This document shows positions 46,687-56,478 of a stretch of 64,000 nucleotides of DNA, in pieces. Every line of letters begins with the position of its first letter. Positions within the stretch are counted from its first letter, which is position 1. The stretch is taken from the NCBI GenBank assembly GCA_965212015.1, contig OZ243037.1, positions 1,248,001 through 1,312,000 on the forward strand, given 5' to 3'. A model generated the notes under the pieces. It was not told where the DNA came from. It worked only from the letters and a program-made list of their open reading frames with translations, and did not search any database. A program made the translations under genes and the position numbers. This DNA comes from Cenarchaeum sp. GTDB taxonomy: Archaea; Thermoproteota; Nitrososphaeria; Nitrososphaerales; Nitrosopumilaceae.

Positions 46687-47847
46687 ATGGAGAACAATTA
46701 TGATATCCTGGGCATACGCGAGGGCTCTACAAAAAAGGAGATCCAAGACGCGTTTAGAAAGCTGGTACTCTTGCACCATTCGGACAGGGGGGGAAACATT
46801 GAGCAGTTCAAAAAAATCAAGCAGGCATACGAGGATCTCAAGCAGGGAAAGAAATATCCAGATTCCCCGGAACAAAAAAAGCAGGACTCTAGGGTCTATT
46901 CTGGCGACGACGAGGAGGAGACTAGGAGGAGAAACAAAATCCTGGCCGGCGAGCTGCACAAGGAGATGGCCATGGCGCAGGAATGGGCGGCTGCGCACAA
47001 CAGGGCAAAAACGACCGGCTCGCGCCTTTTTGGATCCAAGACGCTCGGGGAGATGGAATTTGAGAGAAAGGCAAACGGCGCGCTTTCGATAAAGGGAAAC
47101 ATCATGGCGGGCAATCTTTCATACGACGGGCCAGTCATGATGCAGGGAAACATTACGAGTCCCTCGTTTGGCGACTGTACAAACATCACACTGACACGCG
47201 GGGATTTCAAGTTCGTAAACCCCGTGGAAAACAAATACAGGATAGAAAACGGCTCTAGAATAACCGCACTGAACGGGAACATCGTGGTGGGAAACGTCTT
47301 TGGCAAGAAGAACAAGATTCAGGATCCCAGCGGAAAGACGGGCCTGTATGTGACAGTGGAGCACCGCACACATCTTTACGCCCCGCTAGGAAAGATAATA
47401 GTGGAAAACGTCGCAAACACCGTCAATCTGGACTGCGATACGGTCATCTCCCTGAACCTGGAAGACGACGTCCGAATCAAGGCAAAAGACATCATGATCT
47501 ATGGAAACAAGGTCACATACGACGTCGAATTCGCCCTCAAGAGGGGCGGAATCCTGAGGTTTTTTGAGAAAAACTCGGTACTGAGCTTGAGCGACGACGC
47601 AATCGTAATGCTGGAGAACGGAAAGATATTCCTGCTGCACGATCTAAAGACGAAAAAAATACGCAGCCTTGCGCCGGGGCTTGTTCCCCCCAACCTGAAC
47701 TATGACAAAGACGACACCATGGTGGGCAGGGGGTTTCCGATCACGTACGAGATGCTTGATAACTTTGACGGGCCGGCAAGGGCCGCCGGGCAGGACTGGC
47801 AGTCCAGACTGAGCTTTTGGAAAACGCCTACAGAGTCCTCTGGATGA
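46687..47847 (+). CDS. J-domain protein with beta-rich C-terminal region
   Basis: NYDILG...EIQDAFRKL..HHSDRGG..FKKIKQAYE; HSD instead of HPD. Confidence 0.85.
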   Translation: MENNYDILGIREGSTKKEIQDAFRKLVLLHHSDRGGNIEQFKKIKQAYEDLKQGKKYPDSPEQKKQDSRVYSGDDEEETRRRNKILAGELHKEMAMAQEWAAAHNRAKTTGSRLFGSKTLGEMEFERKANGALSIKGNIMAGNLSYDGPVMMQGNITSPSFGDCTNITLTRGDFKFVNPVENKYRIENGSRITALNGNIVVGNVFGKKNKIQDPSGKTGLYVTVEHRTHLYAPLGKIIVENVANTVNLDCDTVISLNLEDDVRIKAKDIMIYGNKVTYDVEFALKRGGILRFFEKNSVLSLSDDAIVMLENGKIFLLHDLKTKKIRSLAPGLVPPNLNYDKDDTMVGRGFPITYEMLDNFDGPARAAGQDWQSRLSFWKTPTESSG

Positions 47848-47880
47848 ATTTTAAAAAGAAATTGAAATGATTGAATCCAA

Positions 47881-48180
47881 CTAGTCTATTAGTTCGGTCC
47901 AACCTTTTACGAAGACTGAGTTCTTGTAAAGTGGAACTGGTTGTCCAACAGTAAAGTCCATCGGTCTCATCCAAAAGATTGCCTTCGTCGGGCACACGCC
48001 AATGCATGCGCCGTCTGAGATGCATCTTTCCGGATAAAAGACAAATGCCTTGCCTCTCTTCCAGCCTTCTACTGGTTTTACTCTTAGCACATCAGGTCCC
48101 AGCGTGGTGCATATTTCGACGCATAGCGCGCATCCAATGCACATCTGTTCGCTGATGTCTGGTAAAATTGCTACTGGCAT
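47881..48180 (-). CDS. 2[4Fe-4S] ferredoxin
   Basis: CIGCALCVEIC and CISDGACIGVCP. Confidence 0.92.
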   Translation of the reverse strand: MPVAILPDISEQMCIGCALCVEICTTLGPDVLRVKPVEGWKRGKAFVFYPERCISDGACIGVCPTKAIFWMRPMDFTVGQPVPLYKNSVFVKGWTELID

Positions 48181-48292
48181 TACAATGCACTTTTGTTTTT
48201 GGATCTTAATATAACTTGCTCAAAACCCCCCAATTATAACGCCGTTTGCGCGGATTATGGGGCGCTTTGGAAAACTGATCGCCGCACCGGAC

Positions 48293-48892
48293 TCAGCACC
48301 CAAAGGCGATCGAGTCTGTGACGCGGTTCTGCCCGTCACAGACATCCACCGATGCCGTCCCCCCCACGCGCCTGATGTGCATGACTGTCATCGGCTCTGA
48401 GACGATCACCTGTCTTCCCGTCGGGGAGAGGACCCACCTGTTCTTTTCGTTAATCCTTGCAATGCTTGCCAGTATTATGCGCGAATCCGTATGCTGAGCG
48501 GCAAGGACAAGCAGCATTATGTACGAGTTTATCAGGCGCCCCGAGTCCCTCTCATCAAAGACATTGTAAAACCCGTTTAACGAATCAATTATCACGACGG
48601 ATCTGCCGTCGGCAATCTTTTCGAGTACGGCCTTTAGCGTGCCCTGGAGTTCGGGCCCGGCGGGCCTGTACACGCGGAGGTTTTTCCTTTTTTGCAGCAT
48701 GCCTGATGCGACGAGCCCGCTGTACAGCAAATCAAAGTCAAGATAGTGCACCGGCACATCTGCCACCCCGATGACACAGTCCAGAAAGGAGGCCTTGAGA
48801 AGAGGCTCGGAGCACAATACGGAGCTAAAACTCTCCCGCCCCAGAACCGCCCTGATTCTTGATGCAAAATCCCCGTCAAGATTTTTATCCAA
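48293..48892 (-). CDS. degenerate RecA-like fold hypothetical protein
   Basis: YLDFD and VIIDSLNG (Walker B-like); no Walker A. Start uncertain. Confidence 0.6.
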   Translation of the reverse strand: MDKNLDGDFASRIRAVLGRESFSSVLCSEPLLKASFLDCVIGVADVPVHYLDFDLLYSGLVASGMLQKRKNLRVYRPAGPELQGTLKAVLEKIADGRSVVIIDSLNGFYNVFDERDSGRLINSYIMLLVLAAQHTDSRIILASIARINEKNRWVLSPTGRQVIVSEPMTVMHIRRVGGTASVDVCDGQNRVTDSIAFGC

Positions 48893-48921
48893 CGATACGC
48901 CAACCACATTCTGATATAATA

Positions 48922-50073
48922 ATGAACACGGACGGGGACGTTGCAGACGACTTTCCCAACGGCGGAAAAATCTATCTAAACAACGCATCAGTATCGCTGA
49001 CCCCCACGGACACCATCAGGGCCATGACTGACTTTCTAGTGTCGTACAGCAAGATGGGTCCGGACTCGATTGACTCAGAAACGTTTGTCACGCAGAGCCT
49101 CCAAAAAACACGGCAGGTCATCTCGAGGATCATAAAGTGCCGGCCGGAGGAAGTCGTCCTGACACAGAGTACCACGGACGGAATAAACGCCGTATCGCGC
49201 GGGCTTTCCTTCGGGCCCGGCTCCAACATTGTAATCAGGGGCATGGGACACGAACACCACGCAAACTATTATCCGTGGCTCAGGCTTGCAGACAGGGTCA
49301 GGATTGCCAGCCTGCAAATCGACCATAACGGATGCTTTGAGATCTCCCAGCTCGAAGAGCTGCTTGATGCAAAGACGGGCCTGGTTGCACTGAGCCATGC
49401 GCTGTACAACACCGGGGCAATCATTCCGGTAGAGGAGATAGGAAAGATGCTGCAAGAAAAAAACATTCCATATTTTTTGGATGCGGCGCAGACGGTGGGG
49501 TGCATCGGCGATTTTGACGTGGGCGCCACAGGATGCAACTTTATGTCCTTTAACGGCTCGAAATGGCTCTGCGGCCCGATGGGAACGGGGGTGTTTTACT
49601 GCAGGAGGGATTCGGCGGATCTTCTCGAACCGCTGGCAATCGGAGGCGAGTCCGCCATGCTGTATGACGGCGACAAGCTGGCGTTCAAGGACGCCCCGGC
49701 AAAGTTCCAGGCGGGGTTTAGAAACTATGTCGGAATGGCCGGCCTAGAGTCCTCGGCGGAATACCTGCTCAGGTACGGAATGGACAACATTAGGAGAAAA
49801 ACCGCCGACCTTGCCTGCCAGCTGCGCGAGACGCTGTCTGACGCATCCGGAATCACGCTTTACGGCCCAGAATCCAGGGATGAAAGGACCAGCATTGTCT
49901 CATTTAACGTGCAAGGCCGGGATCCGCAGTACGTGGCAGAAAAGCTAGAGCGGCAGAAAATCATCCTCGCCGTAAGGGAGGCAGGCAAGGAAAAGCTAGT
50001 CAGGGCGTCGCCGCATTTTTTTAACACCGAATCCCAAATCCAGAAAACCGCCGATATCATCCGGCGCCTATAG
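48922..50073 (+). CDS. class V PLP aminotransferase (cysteine desulfurase-like)
   Basis: IYLNNAS, EHHAN, LDAAQ, NGSKWLCGP.G.G, RASPHFFN. Confidence 0.9.
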   Translation: MNTDGDVADDFPNGGKIYLNNASVSLTPTDTIRAMTDFLVSYSKMGPDSIDSETFVTQSLQKTRQVISRIIKCRPEEVVLTQSTTDGINAVSRGLSFGPGSNIVIRGMGHEHHANYYPWLRLADRVRIASLQIDHNGCFEISQLEELLDAKTGLVALSHALYNTGAIIPVEEIGKMLQEKNIPYFLDAAQTVGCIGDFDVGATGCNFMSFNGSKWLCGPMGTGVFYCRRDSADLLEPLAIGGESAMLYDGDKLAFKDAPAKFQAGFRNYVGMAGLESSAEYLLRYGMDNIRRKTADLACQLRETLSDASGITLYGPESRDERTSIVSFNVQGRDPQYVAEKLERQKIILAVREAGKEKLVRASPHFFNTESQIQKTADIIRRL

Positions 50074-50328
50074 GCCCTCTTGTTCATCTATTACCATCAT
50101 TGTGAGGGTGGACTGTACCTTTCCGATCCTTCTTATCTTGTTGGTAATCATCGAGCGCAAAACATTAGTGTCCTCCGCGGTCAGTTTCAGCACTATATCA
50201 TACACCCCGTAAACCCCCTGGATCTCGTATTTTATCGCGCCCTCCTCCTTTAGGATTCCCTTTACCTCGGCGATTATCGACTCGTCTGATCCAAGATCCG
50301 AGTTTAACAAAACATAGGCTGTTGCCAC
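50068..50328 (-). CDS. stand-alone Lrp/AsnC ligand-binding (RAM) domain protein
   Basis: AYVLLN..LG, GVYGVYDIVLK, IRRIGKVQSTLTM. Confidence 0.85.
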   Translation of the reverse strand: MATAYVLLNSDLGSDESIIAEVKGILKEEGAIKYEIQGVYGVYDIVLKLTAEDTNVLRSMITNKIRRIGKVQSTLTMMVIDEQEGL

Positions 50329-50463
50329 ATTCCGAATTTCATGGGGAGGGTATTTAATCCTTGATCCTGCGGGTTTTTGCGGATTGCAGCCTGCCTTGCG
50401 GCAGGGCCAGATTCCACACGCGTGGAACGTAAACTGATTAACCGGCAAGCCGTGCCACCCCGT

Positions 50464-51096
50464 ATGGGAATAACCGACCTCACGCTGACAATCTCGGAGA
50501 GACTGCCCGTGTTTCCCGGCTCCCCCGGGCCCCGGTTTATTCCGTGGAACGGACTAGTCCCGGACGGCTATAACCTAGAGATGCTGTTTTTGAGCTCGCA
50601 CACGGGGACGCACATGGACGCCCCGCGCCACTTTATAGACGGGGCGGCCGGGATAGACCAAATCCCCGTAGGCAGGCTGGTGACTGACGCGCTTCTCATA
50701 AAAACCGGCCCCTCCAAGTCCATAACCAAAAAGGACATACTGCGCTTTGAGGCAAAAAACGGGATCCCCGGCGGCTCGACGGTCGTATTCTTTACGGGAT
50801 GGTCAGACAGGCCGTCCCGAAAAAACTATTTCGGGGCCAACCCCGGCCTTTGTGCGGACGCGGCAGAATATCTTGCATCAAAAAAGGTCAACATGGTCGG
50901 AATCGACTCGCCAAGCATAGATCTGGGGACCGATCCGAAATTTCCCGCGCACCGCATCCTGTCCAAAAACAACATACTGATAATTGAAAACCTGGCCAAT
51001 CTGAAAGGGATCAAGTCGCGCAGATTCAGGATGGCCGTCCTGCCGCTAAAACTAAGGAACGCCACAGGCTCGCCGGTGCGGGCAATTGCGCTTTAG
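50464..51096 (+). CDS. cyclase/kynurenine formamidase family metal hydrolase
   Basis: HTGTHMDAPRH, GIDSPSID, IIENL, GSPVRAIA. Confidence 0.92.
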   Translation: MGITDLTLTISERLPVFPGSPGPRFIPWNGLVPDGYNLEMLFLSSHTGTHMDAPRHFIDGAAGIDQIPVGRLVTDALLIKTGPSKSITKKDILRFEAKNGIPGGSTVVFFTGWSDRPSRKNYFGANPGLCADAAEYLASKKVNMVGIDSPSIDLGTDPKFPAHRILSKNNILIIENLANLKGIKSRRFRMAVLPLKLRNATGSPVRAIAL

Positions 51097-52151
51097 GATA
51101 TTACCCGGAGCCTGTTTTTCGTGTGGTTTGGCGACAGGCCGCCCGTGATTGGAATGCCGTTGCCGCAAAACATGCATCGGTTTTTACCGTCAAGATTCCA
51201 CTCTTCTATGTCAAAGCCCATCCGCCTTACTGCGATGTTTTTGCATTCCGGACAGTACGTGTGCTCTAGCGGGTGGCCCGGAACGTTTCCCAGGTATGCG
51301 TATTTCAGGCCGGCCTTTTTGGCGATTTCGTGGTGCCTTTCAAGCGTTTTTAGCGGGGTCGGCCCGAACTCCATCATCTTGTAGTCCGGATGGAATCTCA
51401 GAAAATGAATCGGCATCTCCGGCCCGAACTCGTCGTACACAAACCTGCACAGCTTTTCTGCATACTCTAGGCTGTCGCCCACCCCGGGAACGACAAGGTC
51501 GGTTATCTCCACGTGTATGTCCGTCTTGTCCCTGATCTCAATTAGCGTCTCGAAGATCGGCCGGGGATCGGGCACGCCGATGTATTTTCTCGTAAAACCC
51601 GGCTCTGCACTGCCCTTAAAGTCCACCGTGATGCAATCCAGAAACTCGCCCATCATTTTTACGGACTCGGGCGTATCATATCCGTTTGAGACAAAAACAT
51701 TGTACAGGCCGTTTTTGCGGGCCTCCACCCCGCAGTCCCTTGCAAACTCGATAAAGATCGACGGCTCGTTGTAGGTATAGGCGATTCCGTCGGCCCTGTT
51801 TTTCAGCGCGGTCCGGACCACCTGCTGTGCAGTCATGTCCTCGCCTTCCACCCTTCTTCTCTGGCTGATGTCGTGGTTTTGACAGTACCTGCAAAGCCAG
51901 TTGCAGCCGGTGGTGGCAATCGAAAAGACCCTGGAGCCGGGCCTATAGTGCGTGACTGGCTTTTTCTCCACGGGATCCACGTTGCCTGCGATTACCTTGC
52001 CATAAACGTACAGATCCAGCCTTCCGTCCTCGTTTCCGCGCACCCCGCACAGTCCGGCCTGATTCCTGCCAATCTCGCAGTATCTTGCGCATGCCGTGCA
52101 GCGCACCTTGCCGTCTGGCAGCTTTTCGTACAAAACCGCCTCCCTTCCCAT
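51093..52151 (-). CDS. amrS: AmmeMemoRadiSam system radical SAM enzyme
   Basis: CTACARYC, DPVEKKP, GCNWLCRYCQN, YTYNEP, RFHPDY. Confidence 0.9.
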   Translation of the reverse strand: MGREAVLYEKLPDGKVRCTACARYCEIGRNQAGLCGVRGNEDGRLDLYVYGKVIAGNVDPVEKKPVTHYRPGSRVFSIATTGCNWLCRYCQNHDISQRRRVEGEDMTAQQVVRTALKNRADGIAYTYNEPSIFIEFARDCGVEARKNGLYNVFVSNGYDTPESVKMMGEFLDCITVDFKGSAEPGFTRKYIGVPDPRPIFETLIEIRDKTDIHVEITDLVVPGVGDSLEYAEKLCRFVYDEFGPEMPIHFLRFHPDYKMMEFGPTPLKTLERHHEIAKKAGLKYAYLGNVPGHPLEHTYCPECKNIAVRRMGFDIEEWNLDGKNRCMFCGNGIPITGGLSPNHTKNRLRVIS

Positions 52152-52238
52152 AACCCGTACGGGACGCCTTTTACATATAAGCGGGGATGTTCTTGCGCCT
52201 TGCAATACTAAAAATACGAGGCGGCGCCACCTGCATGT

Positions 52239-52730
52239 ATGAGCAAGCCCGGAAACGCGTGGAGAAAGATACACGGCAAAATCACCAAACACCCGACGAA
52301 TTTTTCATGGCTGATCAAAGGCGAGCTTGCGGGCTCTGGAATGCCTACCACGTCTGACGAGCTAGACTGGGCGGTATCACAGGGGATAAAATCAATAGTT
52401 ACAATGACTGAGGAGGCGCTGCCAGGCAGGTGGGTGGGGGATCTGGGATACCTGCACGTGCCCACGCCGGATCTCACCGCGCCGGACATGGACAGGATTG
52501 ATCACGCAGTCGACTATATCGCCGGCCAGATTGCAAAAAACAGACCCGTGATGGTCCACTGTGCCGCAGGAAGAGGCAGGGCCGGCACGATTCTTGCGTG
52601 TTATCTTGTAAAATACAAAAAGCATTCCGCCGCCGAGGCGATTCAAAAGATCCGAAAAAACAGACCCGGCTCGATACAGTCCGACGTGCAAGAGATGGCG
52701 ATAGGATTTTATGAAAAGCACATTTCCTAA
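52239..52730 (+). CDS. dual-specificity protein phosphatase
   Basis: VHCAAGRGRAG (CX5R) and RPGSIQ. Confidence 0.92.
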   Translation: MSKPGNAWRKIHGKITKHPTNFSWLIKGELAGSGMPTTSDELDWAVSQGIKSIVTMTEEALPGRWVGDLGYLHVPTPDLTAPDMDRIDHAVDYIAGQIAKNRPVMVHCAAGRGRAGTILACYLVKYKKHSAAEAIQKIRKNRPGSIQSDVQEMAIGFYEKHIS

Positions 52731-52735
52731 AGCGG

Positions 52736-52879
52736 CTATTGCACAGTCGTTGCCAGCTTTCCGTCGACTATGCTGATTTTGAGCGTCTTGTCCTTGAAGA
52801 CCAGCGTCAGGCCCCCCTCCGGGTCCGGATCCTCGACTTTGAGCAGATCCTGCATCCTGATTCCGTCAAACTTGTCCAT
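52736..52879 (-). CDS. 47-aa hypothetical microprotein (paralogue of 52888..53040; not in the ORF track)
   Basis: MDKFDGIRMQDLLKVEDPDPEGGLTLVFKDKTLKISIVDGKLATTVQ*. Confidence 0.75.
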   Translation of the reverse strand: MDKFDGIRMQDLLKVEDPDPEGGLTLVFKDKTLKISIVDGKLATTVQ

Positions 52880-52887
52880 TCACACAT

Positions 52888-53040
52888 CTACTCCGGAATG
52901 GAAACCGTCTCGATCTTTCCCTCGACTGCCTTGATGAACAGAAATCTGTTGTCCTTAAAGATCACGGTAATGCCCCCCTCCTTGTCCGGCTCTTCGATTT
53001 CAAGTATCGGCTGTCCCAAAAGTCCGTCGTATTTTGCCAT
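52888..53040 (-). CDS. 50-aa hypothetical microprotein (not in the ORF track)
   Basis: MAKYDGLLGQPILEIEEPDKEGGITVIFKDNRFLFIKAVEGKIETVSIPE*. Confidence 0.75.
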   Translation of the reverse strand: MAKYDGLLGQPILEIEEPDKEGGITVIFKDNRFLFIKAVEGKIETVSIPE

Positions 53041-53070
53041 GCAATTCCATCCAATACCTGCCTTATATCC

Positions 53071-53619
53071 CTAATTGATTGTAATCTCAATCTCTTCTGC
53101 GCGGCCCTTGGCGCCCCCGGAATCCGTATAGCCGTGTTTCTGCCACGACGCGTGCGCCTCTGCCGTAATCCTGTGCGTGCCGGCTCCCAGCTCGGATGCC
53201 TTGAAGGTGATCCTTTCGTCGAAATCAAACAGCTCCTGCCTCGTCTCCTCCTCGGTGAGCCTTATTACGGGCTTGAAGTTTTTTGCGACCTGCACCCACA
53301 CCCTCTTGTCCTTCATGGGGTTGACAAGCTTGGGGTTTCTAGTCCAAAAGATGGCCGCCTTTCTGTACGAGTCGATCTCTTGTCCCAGGGCGTGTTTTTT
53401 AAAGCCGGCAGAATAGAGCTTTATCCCGTATTTCATCTTGAAAGAGTTGTCGTACTTGGCATAGGCCTCGGTCCAGTTTTTCTCGTTAAAGGCGTCCCTG
53501 AGCTGCCCCGTGACTGAAAACCCCACATTTATGAAAACGTCCTCATCTGCCGCAAACCCGTCCTTGTTTTTGGCCAGTTTTATGTCCGAAATGAAATTTT
53601 CCGCCAATTCCACTGACAT
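53071..53619 (-). CDS. conserved hypothetical protein
   Basis: 182-aa beta-rich ORF co-oriented with the two microproteins. Confidence 0.75.
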   Translation of the reverse strand: MSVELAENFISDIKLAKNKDGFAADEDVFINVGFSVTGQLRDAFNEKNWTEAYAKYDNSFKMKYGIKLYSAGFKKHALGQEIDSYRKAAIFWTRNPKLVNPMKDKRVWVQVAKNFKPVIRLTEEETRQELFDFDERITFKASELGAGTHRITAEAHASWQKHGYTDSGGAKGRAEEIEITIN

Positions 53620-53654
53620 GATTTATATCCGCAATAAGTTCTTTTTCCGAATAC

Positions 53655-53933
53655 ATGCAAGCCGAGGTAGTCAGTATGTCGCAAAAGAAGGTGAACCTAT
53701 CCATCAAGGAATCAGACGTCGGAACGCTGTACATTGTCCAGCACGAGCTATTCAAGAGCTCGGGAATAGACTTTGCAGGCGTAATCGTAAAGCACCCGCT
53801 TACCAACGAAATCTGGATGAAGGTCAGCTCCAGCACCGATCCGATAAAGCAAATCTTAAAGGCGACGGATACTGCGATAAGCTCCGTCCGGGATTTGGAA
53901 AAACTCTTCAGCTCTAAAATCAAGGTAAAATAG
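53655..53933 (+). CDS. rpoL: RNA polymerase subunit Rpo11 (RpoL)
   Basis: FAGV..KHPL motif; directly upstream of tfs. Confidence 0.85.
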   Translation: MQAEVVSMSQKKVNLSIKESDVGTLYIVQHELFKSSGIDFAGVIVKHPLTNEIWMKVSSSTDPIKQILKATDTAISSVRDLEKLFSSKIKVK

Positions 53934-54242
53934 ATGAAATTTTGCCCAAAATGCGAGCTTCGCCTGAGAAAAACCGGCTCCGGACTGGCATGCCCAAAAT
54001 GCGACTATACCGAGGGCGGCACCGTTCCAAAGACTATCACAAAACAGCAGGAGGTATCTGAGATTAACGTACTGGAGGGATCCGAGGGAAAGGAAGCGCT
54101 TCCCACGATAAAGATCGACTGCGAAAAGTGCGACAGCGACCAGGCGGTGTGGTGGATGCTTCAGACGAGGAGCGCCGACGAGCCGACCACCCAGTTCTAC
54201 CGGTGTACAAAATGCGGCCATACGTGGCGCAACTACGCGTAA
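53934..54242 (+). CDS. tfs: transcription factor S
   Basis: Two Zn ribbons; QTRSADEPTTQFYRC. Confidence 0.95.
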   Translation: MKFCPKCELRLRKTGSGLACPKCDYTEGGTVPKTITKQQEVSEINVLEGSEGKEALPTIKIDCEKCDSDQAVWWMLQTRSADEPTTQFYRCTKCGHTWRNYA

Positions 54243-54276
54243 GCTTTAAAAAATAAACACTATGAGGTGTATCTGA

Positions 54277-55020
54277 ATGTTCTCGGCAAAGACCAGCGGA
54301 TCTGACGACCTAAAGGCGATAATCTCTGCCATCTCCACCCTGGTGGAGGAGGCCACGTTTGTAGCCACCGCGGAGGGAATCACCTTCCGGGGAATGGATC
54401 CCTCCCATGTGGCACTCATTGACATTTCCTGGCCCAATTCGGCGTTTGAAAAATTCGAGTGCGACAGCGACATAAAGTTCGGGGTCCGCATAGACGAGTT
54501 CTCCAAGCTAATCAAGCGGGCAGACAAAAAGGACGGCATTGCAATCAGCATCTCCGAGGACAACATGCTGCTCGTCTCGATCGGCAAAAACAAGAAATAC
54601 AAAATGAGGCTCATAGAAAGCTCTGCTACGGACACGCCCCTTCCAAAGGTTCCGTACGACGCAAAAATCGAGCTGACGACGCCGGCGTTTGACAAGGTGC
54701 TTGGCGACGTGCAGGTGGTATCTGACTATCTGACAATCGGGGCCAAGGAATCAAAGGTTGAATTCTCCGGCAAGGGCGACTCCGGCGAGGTCTTTATAGA
54801 CGTAGAAAAGGACGGCAAGGAGCTGCAAAGCCTGGATGTAAAGACGGACAGCGAGGGAACCTACAGCCTGGAATATCTCAACCCGGTGGTAAAGGCGGTG
54901 GGAACCACGGCGGGAACGATCACCTGCGAGTTCTCTAGCGCAAAGCCGCTTAGAATAGAGTTCAAGGTGGCAAATATCGGAAGAATCCACTTTTATCTTG
55001 CGCCCAGAGTCGAAAGTTAA
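54277..55020 (+). CDS. pcn: PCNA sliding clamp
   Basis: MDPSHVALI, YSLEYL, FYLAPRVE. Confidence 0.96.
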   Translation: MFSAKTSGSDDLKAIISAISTLVEEATFVATAEGITFRGMDPSHVALIDISWPNSAFEKFECDSDIKFGVRIDEFSKLIKRADKKDGIAISISEDNMLLVSIGKNKKYKMRLIESSATDTPLPKVPYDAKIELTTPAFDKVLGDVQVVSDYLTIGAKESKVEFSGKGDSGEVFIDVEKDGKELQSLDVKTDSEGTYSLEYLNPVVKAVGTTAGTITCEFSSAKPLRIEFKVANIGRIHFYLAPRVES

Positions 55021-55056
55021 AGCATTTAAGGATTGGATTCGGCAGGTATTGTTGAA

Positions 55057-56478
55057 TTGAGGCTGGTGGTAAAGTACGGGGGGACGTCAATCTCCTCGCC
55101 CAAAAAAATAAGGGACGTTGCAAAGTTTGTAGTCTCACACGGAAGGAAAAACGAGCTCGTCACGGTGTGCTCTGCCACAAGCGGCACGACGGACAATCTG
55201 GTTAAAGTCTCGGATTATATAAAAAAAGGCGACAAAAAGCGGGCGCAGGAGATCACCGCCAGGATAATACGCGACAACAAAAAGCTCGCAAGGGAAACGG
55301 TATCCCGGGCCCCCAACAGGAAAAAGCTGCTTGAAAACCTGGAACGGGACTTTTCAGAGCTCGCCGAGCTAGTCGACGGAATGGCGCTGCTAGGGGAGGT
55401 AACGCCCCGCTCGATGGACTATCTGCTCTCCTTTGGCGAAAGAATATCCATCAAAATCGTGGCGCACGCGATTGCAGATCTTGGAAAGAGGATATTTGCA
55501 ATGGCCGGCAACGAGGCGGGGATTATGACTGACTCGAACTTTGGCGAGTCAAGGCCGCTGATGGACACCACGCGGTTGCGGGTCTCAAAAAACATATCGA
55601 GCTTGCTCTCAAAGAAGCACTATCCGGTAATCGGGGGATTTACAGGCGCCGATCAGCACGGGCGGATTACCACTTTTGGCAGGGGGGGTTCGGACTATAC
55701 TGCGGCCATCATCGGCTCGTGCATCAAGGCAGACGAGATCTGGCTGATGAGCGACGTCGACGGGTTGATGACTGCGGATCCCAAGATCGTAAGGGAATCC
55801 AGGGTTCTTGGCAGCGTGTCGTACGTGGAGGCAATAGAGATGGCGATGTTTGGCGCCAAGCAGATCCATCCGCGAACCTTCGAGCCGCTGCTGGGCAAAA
55901 AAATCCCCATGAGAATCAAAAACTCGTCTGACACGAAAAGCGAAGGAACGCTGATCACCGCCTCTACCGGGTCGGCTGCAAAAAACACCGTAAAATGCGT
56001 CAGCATGCTGCGAAACAACAGCCTGATTGACGTCAGGGGGGGCAGCATGGTCGGCGCACCTGGCACGGCCGCAAAGATATTCTCGACTCTGGCCAATGTC
56101 GGAGTCAACGTGATGATGATCTCGCAAAACCCGTCAGAGTCCAGCATCAGCATAGTCGTCAAAAAATCCGACATGAACAGGGCGGTAAACGCCATAGAGA
56201 TAGAGCTGCTCGGAAAGATCATCAAAAAGCTAGAGATTACCGCCAATGTCGCAATCGTGGCCCTGATCGGCTCGGGAATGCGCGGCACCGTCGGGGTGGC
56301 CTCCAAGGTATTCGGTTCAATCGCAAAAAAGAACATCAATGTAATGATGATTACCCAGGGCTCCTCTGAGCTGAACCTGGCCTTCGTGGTGGGGGACTCT
56401 GACGGCCAATCCACGGTAAGGGCGCTGCACGCAGAGTTCGGGCTTGGCTCCATAAACCCCGGCGAGGGGGGCAGCTAG
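55057..56478 (+). CDS. lysC: aspartate kinase
   Basis: KYGGTS, GRGGSDYTA, DVDGLMTADP, two ACT domains. Confidence 0.94.
   Translation: MRLVVKYGGTSISSPKKIRDVAKFVVSHGRKNELVTVCSATSGTTDNLVKVSDYIKKGDKKRAQEITARIIRDNKKLARETVSRAPNRKKLLENLERDFSELAELVDGMALLGEVTPRSMDYLLSFGERISIKIVAHAIADLGKRIFAMAGNEAGIMTDSNFGESRPLMDTTRLRVSKNISSLLSKKHYPVIGGFTGADQHGRITTFGRGGSDYTAAIIGSCIKADEIWLMSDVDGLMTADPKIVRESRVLGSVSYVEAIEMAMFGAKQIHPRTFEPLLGKKIPMRIKNSSDTKSEGTLITASTGSAAKNTVKCVSMLRNNSLIDVRGGSMVGAPGTAAKIFSTLANVGVNVMMISQNPSESSISIVVKKSDMNRAVNAIEIELLGKIIKKLEITANVAIVALIGSGMRGTVGVASKVFGSIAKKNINVMMITQGSSELNLAFVVGDSDGQSTVRALHAEFGLGSINPGEGGS

Noticed and set aside
55695-56453. 252-aa minus-strand ORF
   Set aside because: It is the antisense shadow of aspartate kinase.
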